A DNA stretch of 64,000 nt from an uncultured Candidatus Rokubacteria bacterium (GCA_963747235.1 CAVVEU010000013.1:128001-192000), one strand, 5' to 3'; counted from the stretch's first letter, positions 1 to 9,874 are shown. The notes: generated by a model from the letters alone, not told the origin. Program-made: numbers and translations.

Positions 1-1317
1 CGGCCGGTAGCCCTTCTGCTTGCGCGCCTCGTAGTTCTCGTCGAACTTGAGGGTCTTCTCCCTGAAGTCGGTTGCGGGCGCTCCGGGAGGGATCGCGGGG
101 GTGGAAACGGCGCGTCCGGTCGACACGTCCGGGGGAGCGTTCACGTGAATGGTGACGGGACCGCTGAAGTTGAATACGTGACCGGCCATGGGTGGGCTTC
201 CTCCCGCAAGGCGCGTCGGGGCCAGGTCGGGTGGGGCGGGAATGAGAGGGCTCTTCTCGGCGACGATGCGCAGCGGGTCCGTGGTGGTCGCCAGAAACCC
301 CTCGAGGATGCGCTGCGCTTCGGGCCGGTCGAGCCGCTGCTCGGAGAGCGACTTGACGAGCGCGCTCACCCGGATGCCCTCGTTGGCGATCCAGATCAGA
401 TCGCCGTCCGCGACCTCCGCGTCGAGCGGCAGCCGTCGCCCATCACGCGTGACGAGCTGGCCGTTCTCGATCTGGGGCACGCCGCAGTGATGCAGGCCGA
501 TCGTCTCCCAGTGCTGGTTGAAGACCGGGGCGCCGCTCGATCCCTCGAGGGTGTCGGTCTCGTACAGCAGGAAGCCGTCGTCCCGCAGATCGAGGAGGCG
601 GTTGTTGACGGTGGCGTATTGCTTCGGGCGACCTTCGGGGTGCTGGATGATGTTGACGGGGTCTCCCTTGGCGATCTTGCCGGTGATGCCGATCAGGGGG
701 AGATACTGAAACTGGGTCAGGGACGCGCCCTCGAGTGCGGTCGCGCCGACCGCCACCAGCGCATAGTCGAGCCCCTTGTCGTTCACGAAGAAGCGGGCGG
801 GCTCGAGCTTGAAGATCAGCCCGGCGCGCAGCCCGCCCTGGGTACGCTCGTACAGGAACTGGGCGCCGACGCCGTCGGCCTCGTCCGGCGTGCGGAAGAC
901 GTGGTGGTTGGTGAGCAGGAGATCCGGGGCCACCAGGAAACCCGTGGCGAACCCTTCGGGGATCGTGCCCGCCGCGCCGATGATGACGAGCCGGGCCACC
1001 GGCCGGCCCGCCTTGAGGGCCTGTTCATCCGGGGGCAGGTCCGCGAAGTCCAGGGTGGCACCGATCTGCCGCTCGGTGGTCCGTCGCAGCTCGCGGTAGG
1101 CCGTGCTCTCGACGAGGGTGCGGAGCTCTTCGCGTTTGGTCTTGGTCGCGAACTGGGCGGCGGTGTTGGCGGCCACGCGCGGCACGGGAATCGAGCCATC
1201 GCGGTCGGGCATGGCGCCCTGGGCCCGCGCCGCGTCGACCTGGAACGCCTTCCAGCGCTCGTGGGCGCGCTCGGAGAGGGCTCGTCGTTCCTGGCGGACA
1301 CGCCGCTCTCGTTCCAT
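1..1317 (-). CDS. Trypsin-like serine protease, probably fused to a C-terminal DNA/RNA non-specific endonuclease (3' end runs off the window)
   Basis: Manual translation (not in the track because there is no stop in the window): MERERRVRQE...FATGFLVAPDLLLTNHHVF...LDYALV...NIIQHPEGRPKQ...YETDTLEGSSGAPVFNQHWETIGLHHCG...WIANEGIRVS, a Pro-rich linker, then FDENYEARKQKGYRP, which resembles the start of EndoG/NucA-type domains. Confidence 0.85.
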   Translation of the reverse strand, partial: MERERRVRQERRALSERAHERWKAFQVDAARAQGAMPDRDGSIPVPRVAANTAAQFATKTKREELRTLVESTAYRELRRTTERQIGATLDFADLPPDEQALKAGRPVARLVIIGAAGTIPEGFATGFLVAPDLLLTNHHVFRTPDEADGVGAQFLYERTQGGLRAGLIFKLEPARFFVNDKGLDYALVAVGATALEGASLTQFQYLPLIGITGKIAKGDPVNIIQHPEGRPKQYATVNNRLLDLRDDGFLLYETDTLEGSSGAPVFNQHWETIGLHHCGVPQIENGQLVTRDGRRLPLDAEVADGDLIWIANEGIRVSALVKSLSEQRLDRPEAQRILEGFLATTTDPLRIVAEKSPLIPAPPDLAPTRLAGGSPPMAGHVFNFSGPVTIHVNAPPDVSTGRAVSTPAIPPGAPATDFREKTLKFDENYEARKQKGYRP

Positions 1318-1329
1318 GGCGCTGGTGCG

Positions 1330-1359
1330 AGTCTAGGAACGAGGACGGAAGCAAGTCAA
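1330..1359 (-). promoter_or_regulatory. Sigma70-type promoter TTGACT-N18-TAGACT upstream of the protease gene
   Basis: Read on the minus strand; the -10 box ends 12 nt before the ATG. Confidence 0.55.
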
Positions 1360-1413
1360 GGGACGTGAACGCAGTAAGGGCAGGTGCGAGGGGTGCCGCG
1401 GCGGCACGCCGGC

Positions 1414-2157
1414 CTACCGCCGCGCGACCAGCCGGCGGAACGCCGCCGCGTACTCGAAGTCGTAAGGGGCGCCCAGCTCGGCCGCGCCCTTCTTCACGCG
1501 CTCGCCGATGGTCACGCCCTCCGGCACGTTGAAGCCCGGCATCTGGCTCTGGTGGCGCACCAGCGCGGCGATCTGCCGCTCGATGCCGGGGGTGACGTCC
1601 ACGATGACGTCCGGCTCGTCGGCGCCCCAGTACCAGAGCTCGCGCACCTTGTGCGGCTCGAGCCCTTCCTGCGTGATGTGCTCGGCGAAGTGCAGGTGGT
1701 CGCGGGCATAGGGGTAGACCGCGTCGGTGGTGGCGATGCCGGCCTTGCGGTGGTCGCGGTGCTGGAAGCCCTTCATGCGATAGGGATCGTGGACGAAGAC
1801 GGTGTGCGGCCGGTGACGGCGGATGGCGCGCACCACGTCGCCCAGGAGCTCGCGCGTGTCCTCCAGCCGCCCGTCGGGATAGCCCAGCATCTCCACGTGG
1901 CGCACGCCCATGAAGTCGGCGGCGGCCCGCTGCTCGTGGGCCCGCTTGCGGGCCAGCTCGGCGGGAGCGAGATCGCGGTCGGCGGTGCCGGCGTCCCCGT
2001 TGGTGCACAGCACGTAGCTCACCTCGCAGCCGGCGGCCACCCAGGTGGCGATGACCCCGCCCGAGCCGATCTCGGCGTCGTCGGGATGGGCGAAGACCAC
2101 CATGGCGGACTCGGGGACCTCGGTGACGATCTCGAGCTTGCGGTCGGAGTTGGGCAT
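1414..2157 (-). CDS. PIG-L/LmbE family deacetylase
   Basis: AHPDDAE and HRDH motifs. Confidence 0.9.
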   Translation of the reverse strand: MPNSDRKLEIVTEVPESAMVVFAHPDDAEIGSGGVIATWVAAGCEVSYVLCTNGDAGTADRDLAPAELARKRAHEQRAAADFMGVRHVEMLGYPDGRLEDTRELLGDVVRAIRRHRPHTVFVHDPYRMKGFQHRDHRKAGIATTDAVYPYARDHLHFAEHITQEGLEPHKVRELWYWGADEPDVIVDVTPGIERQIAALVRHQSQMPGFNVPEGVTIGERVKKGAAELGAPYDFEYAAAFRRLVARR

Positions 2158-2175
2158 GGAGGTGATCTTACCCTG

Positions 2176-3029
2176 TTATGGCTCGTGAACCGTGGCGAGG
2201 ACGGCGGGGAGGGCGGTCATGGCCTCCTGGAGGCAGCGGCGCACGCGGGCGATGTTCGCCTCCGCCTTCTCCGGGACGCCCCCGCGCGAGATCAGGGCGA
2301 TGAACTCCTCGCGACTGGTCGCCATCAGCAGGGACGCGTTGATCTCGAGCTGGAGCGCGTGGATGCGCCGCGTCCAGGGCTGGCCGAAGGTGGCCACGAT
2401 GTTGCCGCCGGTGTAGCCGGTGACGTTCTCGTGGACCTCGAAGCCGTGGCGCGTGAAGATCTCGGCCACCGTGGCCACGATCTGCGGGGCGCAGGTGGCG
2501 TCGTGACGCGTGCCGATGATCACCTGGTGGTCCTTCATCCGGCGCGGGCTGCCGGTGTGGCCGTCCAGCAGCAGGGCGTGGCCGTGCGTGCGGTGCAGCG
2601 CGGTCAGGAGCTCCTGGAGCGTCGCGTAGTAGGGGTCGTACAGCGCGCACAGGCGCGCCTCGAGCGCGGGGAGCCCGAGCGGCCGCGCGAAGATGGCCAC
2701 GTCGCGCATGGTGTGGGTGCGCACCACTCCGCGGCGCGAGCGCACCGGCCCTCGTGGTGCTCGAAGTCGTCGCGGCGGCGATTGACGTCCACGAACATGC
2801 GCGAGAAGGGAGTGGCCAGCACCGTGGCCCCATGCTCGTGCAGATCGCTGTAGACGTCGCCCACGAAGGTGTCGGCGAAGCCGTAGGCGAAGGTCTCGAA
2901 CCAGGGCTCGGAGTAGTCGTCGCGGGTGATGTGCGGCAGCGGCTGCGTGCCGTAGTGGGGCACGCTCACCAGGATCGGCGTGCGCCGGTCGTCCGCCGGG
3001 TGCCGGACGATCGGGAAGGGGTGCTCCAT
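2176..3029 (-). CDS. N-formylglutamate amidohydrolase family (frameshift near 2750)
   Basis: LVSVPHYGT, SRMFVDVNR, LLDGHT and HALQLEIN, joined across two frames. Confidence 0.85.
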
Positions 3030-3934
3030 CAGCTCCGGCCGAGCTGCCGGCCGACGAAGTCGCGGACGAGGGCCACGCACCGCTCGGTATCCGGGCTCGC
3101 CTGCTGCGCGAAGCTGTGCCGCGCGTCCGGGAAGTGCGCGTGCTCGACCGCGCCGCCCGCGCCCTGGTACGCCTTCACGAAGGCCTCGGTGATGGCGGCG
3201 GGCACGTTGTCGTCCAGGTCCGGCTGGGCGACCCAGATCGGCGGCAGCGCGGTGGCCTGGCCGGCGGAGACGATCCGCGTGACGCTCCCGGCCGCCATCG
3301 CCGCCTCGTCCGCGAAGAAGGCGCGATGCGAGGCGATCAGGCGCTTGGCGTCGAAGCCCGAGGGCGGCGGGGGCTCGTGCTCGCGGGACAGCGCGTAGTG
3401 ATAGCGGGCCAGCGGGTCGGCGACCGGATAGAAGGCCACCACGAAGGCCACCGAGGCATCGCCCGCGGCCGGATCGAGCGAGCCGTCCGGCCGCACGATC
3501 GGCGTGCCCGCGGTCTCGGGCGCGGCCGGTCTCACCGCGTGGAGCAGGGCGAGCTGCCCGCCGCTCGAGCTGCCGAGGAGGCCGATGCGCGCCGGGTCCA
3601 CGCCCAGCCGGCCCGCGTGCGCGCGGGCGTAGCGGACTCCGGCCGCGACGTCGGCGCTCGCCACCGGGAACCGGTGGTCCGGGGCCTGGCGGAAGTCGAG
3701 CGCGACGACGACCACCCCGGACGCGGCGAGCGCCCCGCACATGATGGCGTCGGCGGTGCGGTCGAGTCGCGCCCACGCGCCGCCGTGCACGTAGACGACC
3801 GCGCCGAGGGGCCGGTCGGCCGGCCCCCGCGGGCGATAGATCCGGGCCAGCAGCTCCGCGCCCGCGGGCCGCGCGAAGGGCGTGTCGGTCTCGTCCACCT
3901 CGTACGGACCGGTGGGATCGAAGCGAACGGTCAC
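3029..3934 (-). CDS. Alpha/beta hydrolase (HSL-type esterase)
   Basis: HGGAW, GSSSGG, D-DNVP, ARHSF. Confidence 0.85.
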   Translation of the reverse strand: MTVRFDPTGPYEVDETDTPFARPAGAELLARIYRPRGPADRPLGAVVYVHGGAWARLDRTADAIMCGALAASGVVVVALDFRQAPDHRFPVASADVAAGVRYARAHAGRLGVDPARIGLLGSSSGGQLALLHAVRPAAPETAGTPIVRPDGSLDPAAGDASVAFVVAFYPVADPLARYHYALSREHEPPPPSGFDAKRLIASHRAFFADEAAMAAGSVTRIVSAGQATALPPIWVAQPDLDDNVPAAITEAFVKAYQGAGGAVEHAHFPDARHSFAQQASPDTERCVALVRDFVGRQLGRS

Positions 3935-3940
3935 GGGAGG

Positions 3941-4855
3941 TCAGCCGAGCCGGGACAGGTACTGGGCCACGAAGTCGGTACCGACCAGCGCCACGTAGGC
4001 GTCGGTGAGGCGCTTCGTGATGGGGCCGGGCACCCGGCCGTCTCCGATCGGCTGCCCATTGACCGAGCGCACGCCGCAGAGGCACAGGCTGGTCGAGGTC
4101 AGGAACACCTCGTCGGCGGTCACCGCGTCGTAGACGTCGAGGTCGCGCTCCTCACAGGGAATGCCGAGCTGCGCGGCCATCTCCATCGCGGTCCGCCGGC
4201 TCACTCCGGGCAGCACGTACTGCTCGCGCGGCGTGTAGACGCGGCCGCCGCGCACCACGAAGATGTTGCTGCCGACCCCTTCGCAGAGGTTGCCGTGCTC
4301 GTCCAGGAGGACCGACCAGGCGTCGGGGCTGGCGCGCTTGACCTCGCGGTCGGCCAGGATGAGGTTCAGATAGTTGTGGGTCTTGGCCCGCGGGCTCAGG
4401 ATCGACGGCGGCGTGCGGCGGATGGACGGCACCGCCACGTCGATCCCGTCCCGGAAGTGGGCGGCGCGCTTGCGGAGCGGCAGCGGCGTGCAGTCCACGA
4501 TGACCTGGGGGCCGGTGTGCGCCCACCCCTCGTCGCCGATGGCGTCCACGCCCCGGCTGATCCGCTGGGCCACCCACCAGTCGCCCGCGGCCGCGCGCAG
4601 GGGCTCGTTGCGCTCGACCACGTCCTCGGTGATCGCGATCATCTCCTTGGGCTCGAGGCCGACGTCGATCCCCAGGTACTGGAGCGAGCGATAGAGCCGC
4701 TCGACGTGCTCCTCCAGGCGGAAGATGCGTCCGTCGAAGGTGCGCGTCATGTCGAAGCAGCCGTCGCCGCGGTTGAAGCTGCGATCGCGGTAGGGGATCA
4801 TCACCTGCGTCTCGGGGACGAGGCGGCCGTTGAAGTACGCGGTGCGAGTGGTCAT
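3941..4855 (-). CDS. Class IV (branched-chain/D-amino acid) aminotransferase
   Basis: AYFNG, RGDGCFD, IFRLEEHVERL, KTHNYLN, EGVGSNIF, LPGVSR. Confidence 0.9.
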   Translation of the reverse strand: MTTRTAYFNGRLVPETQVMIPYRDRSFNRGDGCFDMTRTFDGRIFRLEEHVERLYRSLQYLGIDVGLEPKEMIAITEDVVERNEPLRAAAGDWWVAQRISRGVDAIGDEGWAHTGPQVIVDCTPLPLRKRAAHFRDGIDVAVPSIRRTPPSILSPRAKTHNYLNLILADREVKRASPDAWSVLLDEHGNLCEGVGSNIFVVRGGRVYTPREQYVLPGVSRRTAMEMAAQLGIPCEERDLDVYDAVTADEVFLTSTSLCLCGVRSVNGQPIGDGRVPGPITKRLTDAYVALVGTDFVAQYLSRLG

Positions 4856-5739
4856 GCGCGGCTCCGCACGAACCGGCCGATCGCGTCCACCGCGGTCTGC
4901 GCCTCGTCGAGCATCGGCAGGAACCAGTGCCAGACGTGGATCATGCGCTCGTAGATCTCGATGCTCGCGTCCACGCCGGCGGCCCGGGCCCGCTCCGCGA
5001 GCTGGACCGCGTCGTCGAGCAGGACCTCGTCGCTGCCCACGTGGATCAGCAGCGGGGGCAGGCCGCGCAGGTCGGCGAAGAGCGGCGACGCGAGCGGCGT
5101 GCGCGGCGGGGTCGCCCCGAGATAGGCCTGCGCCATCTGCTCGACGCCGGCGCGGCGCACGATCGGATCCGCGTCCGCCTTCGTCGCGTAGCTGGCGCCC
5201 CCGCAGGTGAGATCCACCCAGGGCGAGATGCAGACACCGCCCGCGGGCAGCGGCACGCGCGCCTCGCGCAGGGCCAGCAGCGTGGCCACCGTGAGGCCGC
5301 CGCCCGCGGAGTCGCCCGCGATCACGATGCGCTCGGGGGCGATGGCCTGGTCCAGCAGCCAGCGGTACGCCGCGGTCGCGTCCTCCACCGCCGCCGGGTA
5401 GGGGTGCTCGGGCGCCAGGCGGTAGTCGAGCAGGAGCGCGCTGGCTCCCGCGGCGGTCGCGATGGCGGCGGCCAGGTGCCGGTGCGAGCGCGGGGAGCCG
5501 ATGACGTAGCCGCCGCCGTGGAGATAGAGCACCACGCGGCCGGGCTCGGCGGACGGCGGGCGTAGCCACTCCGCGGGCGCGGCGGGGGCGTTCACGCGCT
5601 CCACCTTGACGTCGGGCGGAGTCGGGAAGACCTTCTCGGCCCGCTCGTACTGGGCGCGGCGCTCGGCGGTGGTGAGCGAGTCGGACGGGGGCAGCTTCGC
5701 GAGGTGCGCGCGAACAGCGTCGATGCCGCGGTCAGCCAT
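4852..5739 (-). CDS. Alpha/beta hydrolase (acetyl esterase/lactone hydrolase type)
   Basis: HGGGY, GDSAGG, DEVLLDD, HVWH; SD GGAGGAG before MADRG. Confidence 0.9.
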   Translation of the reverse strand: MADRGIDAVRAHLAKLPPSDSLTTAERRAQYERAEKVFPTPPDVKVERVNAPAAPAEWLRPPSAEPGRVVLYLHGGGYVIGSPRSHRHLAAAIATAAGASALLLDYRLAPEHPYPAAVEDATAAYRWLLDQAIAPERIVIAGDSAGGGLTVATLLALREARVPLPAGGVCISPWVDLTCGGASYATKADADPIVRRAGVEQMAQAYLGATPPRTPLASPLFADLRGLPPLLIHVGSDEVLLDDAVQLAERARAAGVDASIEIYERMIHVWHWFLPMLDEAQTAVDAIGRFVRSRA

Positions 5740-5810
5740 GGGACTCCTCCATGAGGAGGGATTCTGCGCCGGGACGGGGGTGGTTGGCAACCTGGTGTAC
5801 TCTCCCGCCC

Positions 5811-6701
5811 ATGATCCCGCTCGTGGATGCCCACCATCACATCTGGCGCCAGGCCGACCTGGCGTGGCTGCAGGGGCCGCCGCAGCCCCGTATCTTCGGG
5901 GAATACGCGGCGATCCGCCGCGACTACCCGATCGAGGAGTACATGGCCGAGGCGCGCGCCGCCGGCGTGGTCGGGTCGGTGTACGTGCAGACCAACTGGC
6001 CGCCGGGGCGGGAGGAAGAGGAGGTGGCCTGGGTGCAGTCGGTGGCCGACCGCCACGGCTTCCCGCACGCGATCGTGGGCTATGCCGACCTGGCGGCGCC
6101 GGCGGTCGGCGCCGCGCTCGATCGGATGATGAAGCACTCGCGGCTACGCGGCATCCGCCAGCAGCTCCACTGGCACGAGAAGGACCTCTACCGGTTCGCC
6201 GCCCGTCCCGATCTCATGGACGATCCGGCGTGGCGCGCCGGCCTGGCGGAGGTGGCGCGGCGCGGGCTCGTCTTCGAGCTCCAGGTGTTCGCCGGCCAGA
6301 TGGAGGCCAGCGCCCGGCTCGTCCGCGACTTCCCGCAGGCCACCTTCGTGCTGATGCACGCGGGGATGCTCGAGGACCGCTCGCCCGACGGCTGGACCCG
6401 CTGGCGAGCCGGCATGCGCGCCCTGGCCGCGGCGCCCAACGTCCACGTGAAGCTCTCCGGCCTCGGGACGTTCCCGCGGGCGTGCTCGGTCGAGCTCTGG
6501 AGCCCGGTGATCCGGGAGACCGTCGAGCTCTTCGGCCCGGGGCGGTGCATGTTCGGGAGCAACTTTCCGATCGAGAAGCTGTGGACCACGTACGAAGAAG
6601 TGGCGCGTGTCACCACCGAGTGCCTGGCCCGGCTGTCGGCCGACGAGCAGCGCGCGGTGCTCCATGACACCGCCGCCCGCGTGTATCGACTCGGCCGGTG
6701 A
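5811..6701 (+). CDS. Amidohydrolase_2 family (lactonase-like)
   Basis: VDAHHHIW, GIRQQL, VKLSG, MFGSNFP. Confidence 0.88.
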   Translation: MIPLVDAHHHIWRQADLAWLQGPPQPRIFGEYAAIRRDYPIEEYMAEARAAGVVGSVYVQTNWPPGREEEEVAWVQSVADRHGFPHAIVGYADLAAPAVGAALDRMMKHSRLRGIRQQLHWHEKDLYRFAARPDLMDDPAWRAGLAEVARRGLVFELQVFAGQMEASARLVRDFPQATFVLMHAGMLEDRSPDGWTRWRAGMRALAAAPNVHVKLSGLGTFPRACSVELWSPVIRETVELFGPGRCMFGSNFPIEKLWTTYEEVARVTTECLARLSADEQRAVLHDTAARVYRLGR

Positions 6702-6904
6702 ACCTCGATCTGCGAACGCTCCAGCTCTTCGTCGCGGTGGTGGAGGGGCAGACGGTCGCCAAGGCGGCCAAGCGCGCGCACATGGCGGCGTCTGCGGTCG
6801 GCAAGCGGATCGCCGGCCTCGAGAAGGAGGTGAAGGTCGAGCTGTTCCGGCGCCACCGAACCGGGCGCCGGGACTCTCCATCGCGAGGTAGCCGGCCGCG
6901 CTAG
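6698..6904 (+). pseudogene. Truncated LysR-type regulator (HTH only)
   Basis: MNLDLRTLQLFVAVVEGQTVAKAAKRAHMAASAVGKRIAGLEKEVKVELFRR is a LysR N-terminus; no substrate-binding domain follows. Confidence 0.75.
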
Positions 6905-7995
6905 CGGAAGAGGGAGACCACGCGGTCGAGCGTGGCGTCCAGTAGGATCTCCCGCTCGTCCAGCTGGAGCGCGGGGCGCGCGGGGACGAGCGCGCGGTCC
7001 AGCCGCTGCCGGTAGCGGCCGCCGCCGGTGATGTTCAGCAGCACGATCGCCTCGCGGGTGATCGGCCCGTAGCGCGCGGCCTTGAGCAGGGTGGCGAAGG
7101 CCACCGCGCCCGCCGGGTCGATGTCGATGCCCTCCGTCTCCTCGAAGAGGCGGCTCGCGTGCAGGACCTCGAGGTTGTCGGCGGCCAGCATGTCCCCGCC
7201 GCTCTCGGTGAGAATGTCGTAAACGAGCCGGGGCAGCCGCTCCCCGAAGCGGCCGTCGGCCACCAGCCGCCGCGCCATCTCGTGGACCCCGATGCCGCCC
7301 GCCCCGCTACCGATGGCCTGGAGATAGTAATGGGGGAGCCGCCCGATCGCCTCCACCGCGCTCAGGAGGGTGGTGCCGAGGCCTCCACCCGCGCCACATT
7401 CCGGACCCCGCCTTCCGGGACGAAGCTGTCGAGCGCGGCGACGCGGTTGGCGAGGATGATCGCGTCTCGATCTTCACGCAGGGCTTGATGAGCTCGGGGA
7501 ACTGCAGCGCGTTGAGCCCGGCCTCCGGCACCACCACGAGGCAGGGGATGTCGTTCATCGAGCACGCCCGGACGAAGGCGGCCCCGGTGTTGCCGGCGGA
7601 GGCGATCACGAGGACGCGGCTGTTGCCGCTCGGCAGGCGCGACAGCACGGTCCACGCCTCGAGATTCTTGAACGTGGTGGTCTGGAGCTCGGCGCCCTTC
7701 TCCGGCCAGTAGCCGTTGAAGGCGACCAGAGGTTCGGCAGGCCCACCACGCGACTCAACCGCTCGCTCTGGTAGGTGACGGTGCGCCCGGAGCCGTGGAG
7801 CTGCCGCACGACCGGCAGCCAGTGATGATAGCGATAGATGCCGTCGGCGGCGGCGTCGGGCTCGAAGGTCTTCGTCCGGTAGAGCGCGGAGAGGAGTCCC
7901 GGCTCGTGAGATCGCGGACAGTCGAGCAGGAGCCCGTCGTCCTCGAACGCCGTCTCGCAGACGCGACACTGAATCACATGGTGACGATCTCCCAT
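6901..7995 (-). pseudogene. Cysteate synthase (threonine synthase-like PLP enzyme), frameshifted and internally deleted
   Basis: FNGYWPEKGA, TFKNLEA, ASAGNTG, EGGVRNVAR, YYLQAIGSGAGGIG, EGIDIDPA and LLNITGGG over 3 or more frames; about 365 codons in total. Confidence 0.75.
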
Positions 7996-8063
7996 CGCCG
8001 CTTCTCCTCTTCTGGCTGCCCGGACGTTAGGCTTCTGCCTGGCGGGAAGCACGAGGGACCATA

Positions 8064-8092
8064 TACCTACACGGCGGGGTACCTACACGGCG
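8064..8092. repeat. 13-bp direct repeat TACCTACACGGCG x2 (16-bp period) in a divergent intergenic region
   Basis: Copies at 8064-8076 and 8080-8092. Confidence 0.8.
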
Positions 8093-8115
8093 AGCACTCG
8101 TGGCAGAATGGCGCG

Positions 8116-8936
8116 GTGACCGCGCCGGAGTTCCTCTACGGCACCGCGTGGAAGGAAGACCGCACCCCCGCCCTCGTGGAGCTGGCCCTCCGGGCCGGCT
8201 TCCGGGGCATCGACACCGCCAACCAGCGGCGGCACTACTTCGAGGCGGGGGTGGGGCAAGGCGCTGGCGGCTGCCTATCGCGCGGGCATCGTCACCCGGG
8301 CGGAGCTGTTTCTCCAGACGAAGTACACGTATCAGCCCGGGCAGGACCACCGGCTGCCCTACGATCCGGACGCCGATCTCGCCACCCAGGTGGCCCAGTC
8401 CATGGCCAGCTCGCTCGAGCATCTCGGACACCGACCACGTGGACAGCTACGTCCTGCACGGCCCCGCTTCGGGCCACGGCTGGACCGAGTACGACGCGGA
8501 GGTCTGGGGCGCGATGGGGCGCGAGCGCGACGCTGGGCGCACGCGGGTGCTCGGCGTGAGCAATGTCTCGCTCCGGCATCTGCAGCAGATGGTGGCCACC
8601 GGCGCGGAGATGCCCGCGTTCGTGCAGAACCGGTGCTTCGCGGTGCGCGGCTGGGATCGCGACGTGCGGGCCTTCTGCGCGGAGCGCCGAATCGTCTACC
8701 AGGGCTTCTCGCTGCTCACCGCCAACCCGGACGTGCTGCGCCACCCGCTGGTGACCGGGATCGCCGCGCGCAGCCAGGCGACGCCCGCGCAGGTGGTGTT
8801 CCGCTTCGCGCTCGCGGTCGGGATGCTCCCGCTCACCGGCACGTCGAGTCCTCAGCACATGAAGCAGGACCTGGCCGCCCGCGCGCTCGCGCTCTCCGCC
8901 GACGAGGCGCGGGCCATCGAATCGCTCGCCGGGTAG
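8116..8936 (+). CDS. Aldo/keto reductase (2 frameshifts)
   Basis: FLYGTAWKE, GFRGIDTA, LFLQTKYT, DSYVLHGP, LGVSNV. Confidence 0.85.
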
Positions 8937-8946
8937 CCGAGACCCC

Positions 8947-9861
8947 ATGCGCCGCCTCACCGTGCTGATGCCCTTTCACACGCCGTTCTACGCGCCGCTG
9001 CCGGCCGGCGTGGCGCTCGGGCATTTCCGCGACGAGGGTCTTGACGTGACGTGGCTCGCGGCGGCGGCCTTTGGCAAGGGCACGATGCCCGCCCTGCTCG
9101 ACGGGGACATCGAGATCAGCCTGGGCGGGCTGATGCGGAGCTTCGAGCTGGCGGATCGCTCGGGGCCGATCGTGGTGCACTTCGCGGAGGTGTGCAGCCG
9201 GAACGGCTTCTTCCTCGTCGGACGGGCGCCCCGGCCCGCGTTCGCGTGGACGGACCTGATCGGCCGGACGGTCCTGTCGTTCGCGGAGGCCCCGACGCCC
9301 TGGCAGTGCATGCTCACCGTGCTGCGCCGGCACGGCGTGGACGCCGGGCGGGTGCGGATCGAGCGGACGCGCCCGGCTCCCGAGGCGGTCGCCGCGTTCC
9401 TCGCCGGCCACGGCGACTTCCTCGAGCAGCCCCAGCCGGTCGTGGAGCAGCTCCTGGCCGAGGGCGCGGCCCACCTGGTCGCCTCGATGGGTGAGGCCAC
9501 CGGGCCGGTGCCCTTCACGTCGTACATGACCACGCCGGCCTTTCTCGCGCGCGAGCCCGACGTGGTGCGCGCCTTCACCCGCGCGGTGCAGCGGACGCAG
9601 CGCTGGCTCGCCGGCGCCGAGCCGGCCGAGATCGCGGCGGCGATCGGGCCCGCGTTCCCCGAGACCGCCGCGCCGATCCTGGAGCGCGCGGTCGCCCGGT
9701 ACCACCGGCAGGGGACCTGGGCCCGCGATCCGCTGCTGCGCCGCGAGGGCTACGACTATCTCGAGGAGATCCTGCTCGCGGGCGGCCTCATCACGCGGCG
9801 GGCGCGCTACGAGGAGCTGGTGGACACGGAGATCGCCCGGCAGGTGATGGCGGAGGCGTAC
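8947..9861 (+). CDS. NitT/TauT (NMT1/THI5-like) SBP-fold protein without a signal peptide; stop codon apparently lost, end approximate
   Basis: PFYAPL...G.FRDEGL, GFFLVGR, GPVPFTSYMTT, YEELVDTEIA. Confidence 0.75.
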
Positions 9862-9874
9862 GCCCTGCAAAGGA

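Noticed and set aside
145-1368. 407-aa plus-strand ORF and other long antisense ORFs (for example 14865-16793, 59337-61181, and 47730-50066 beyond 48590)
   Set aside because: Shadow frames of real opposite-strand genes in high-GC DNA; no recognisable motifs
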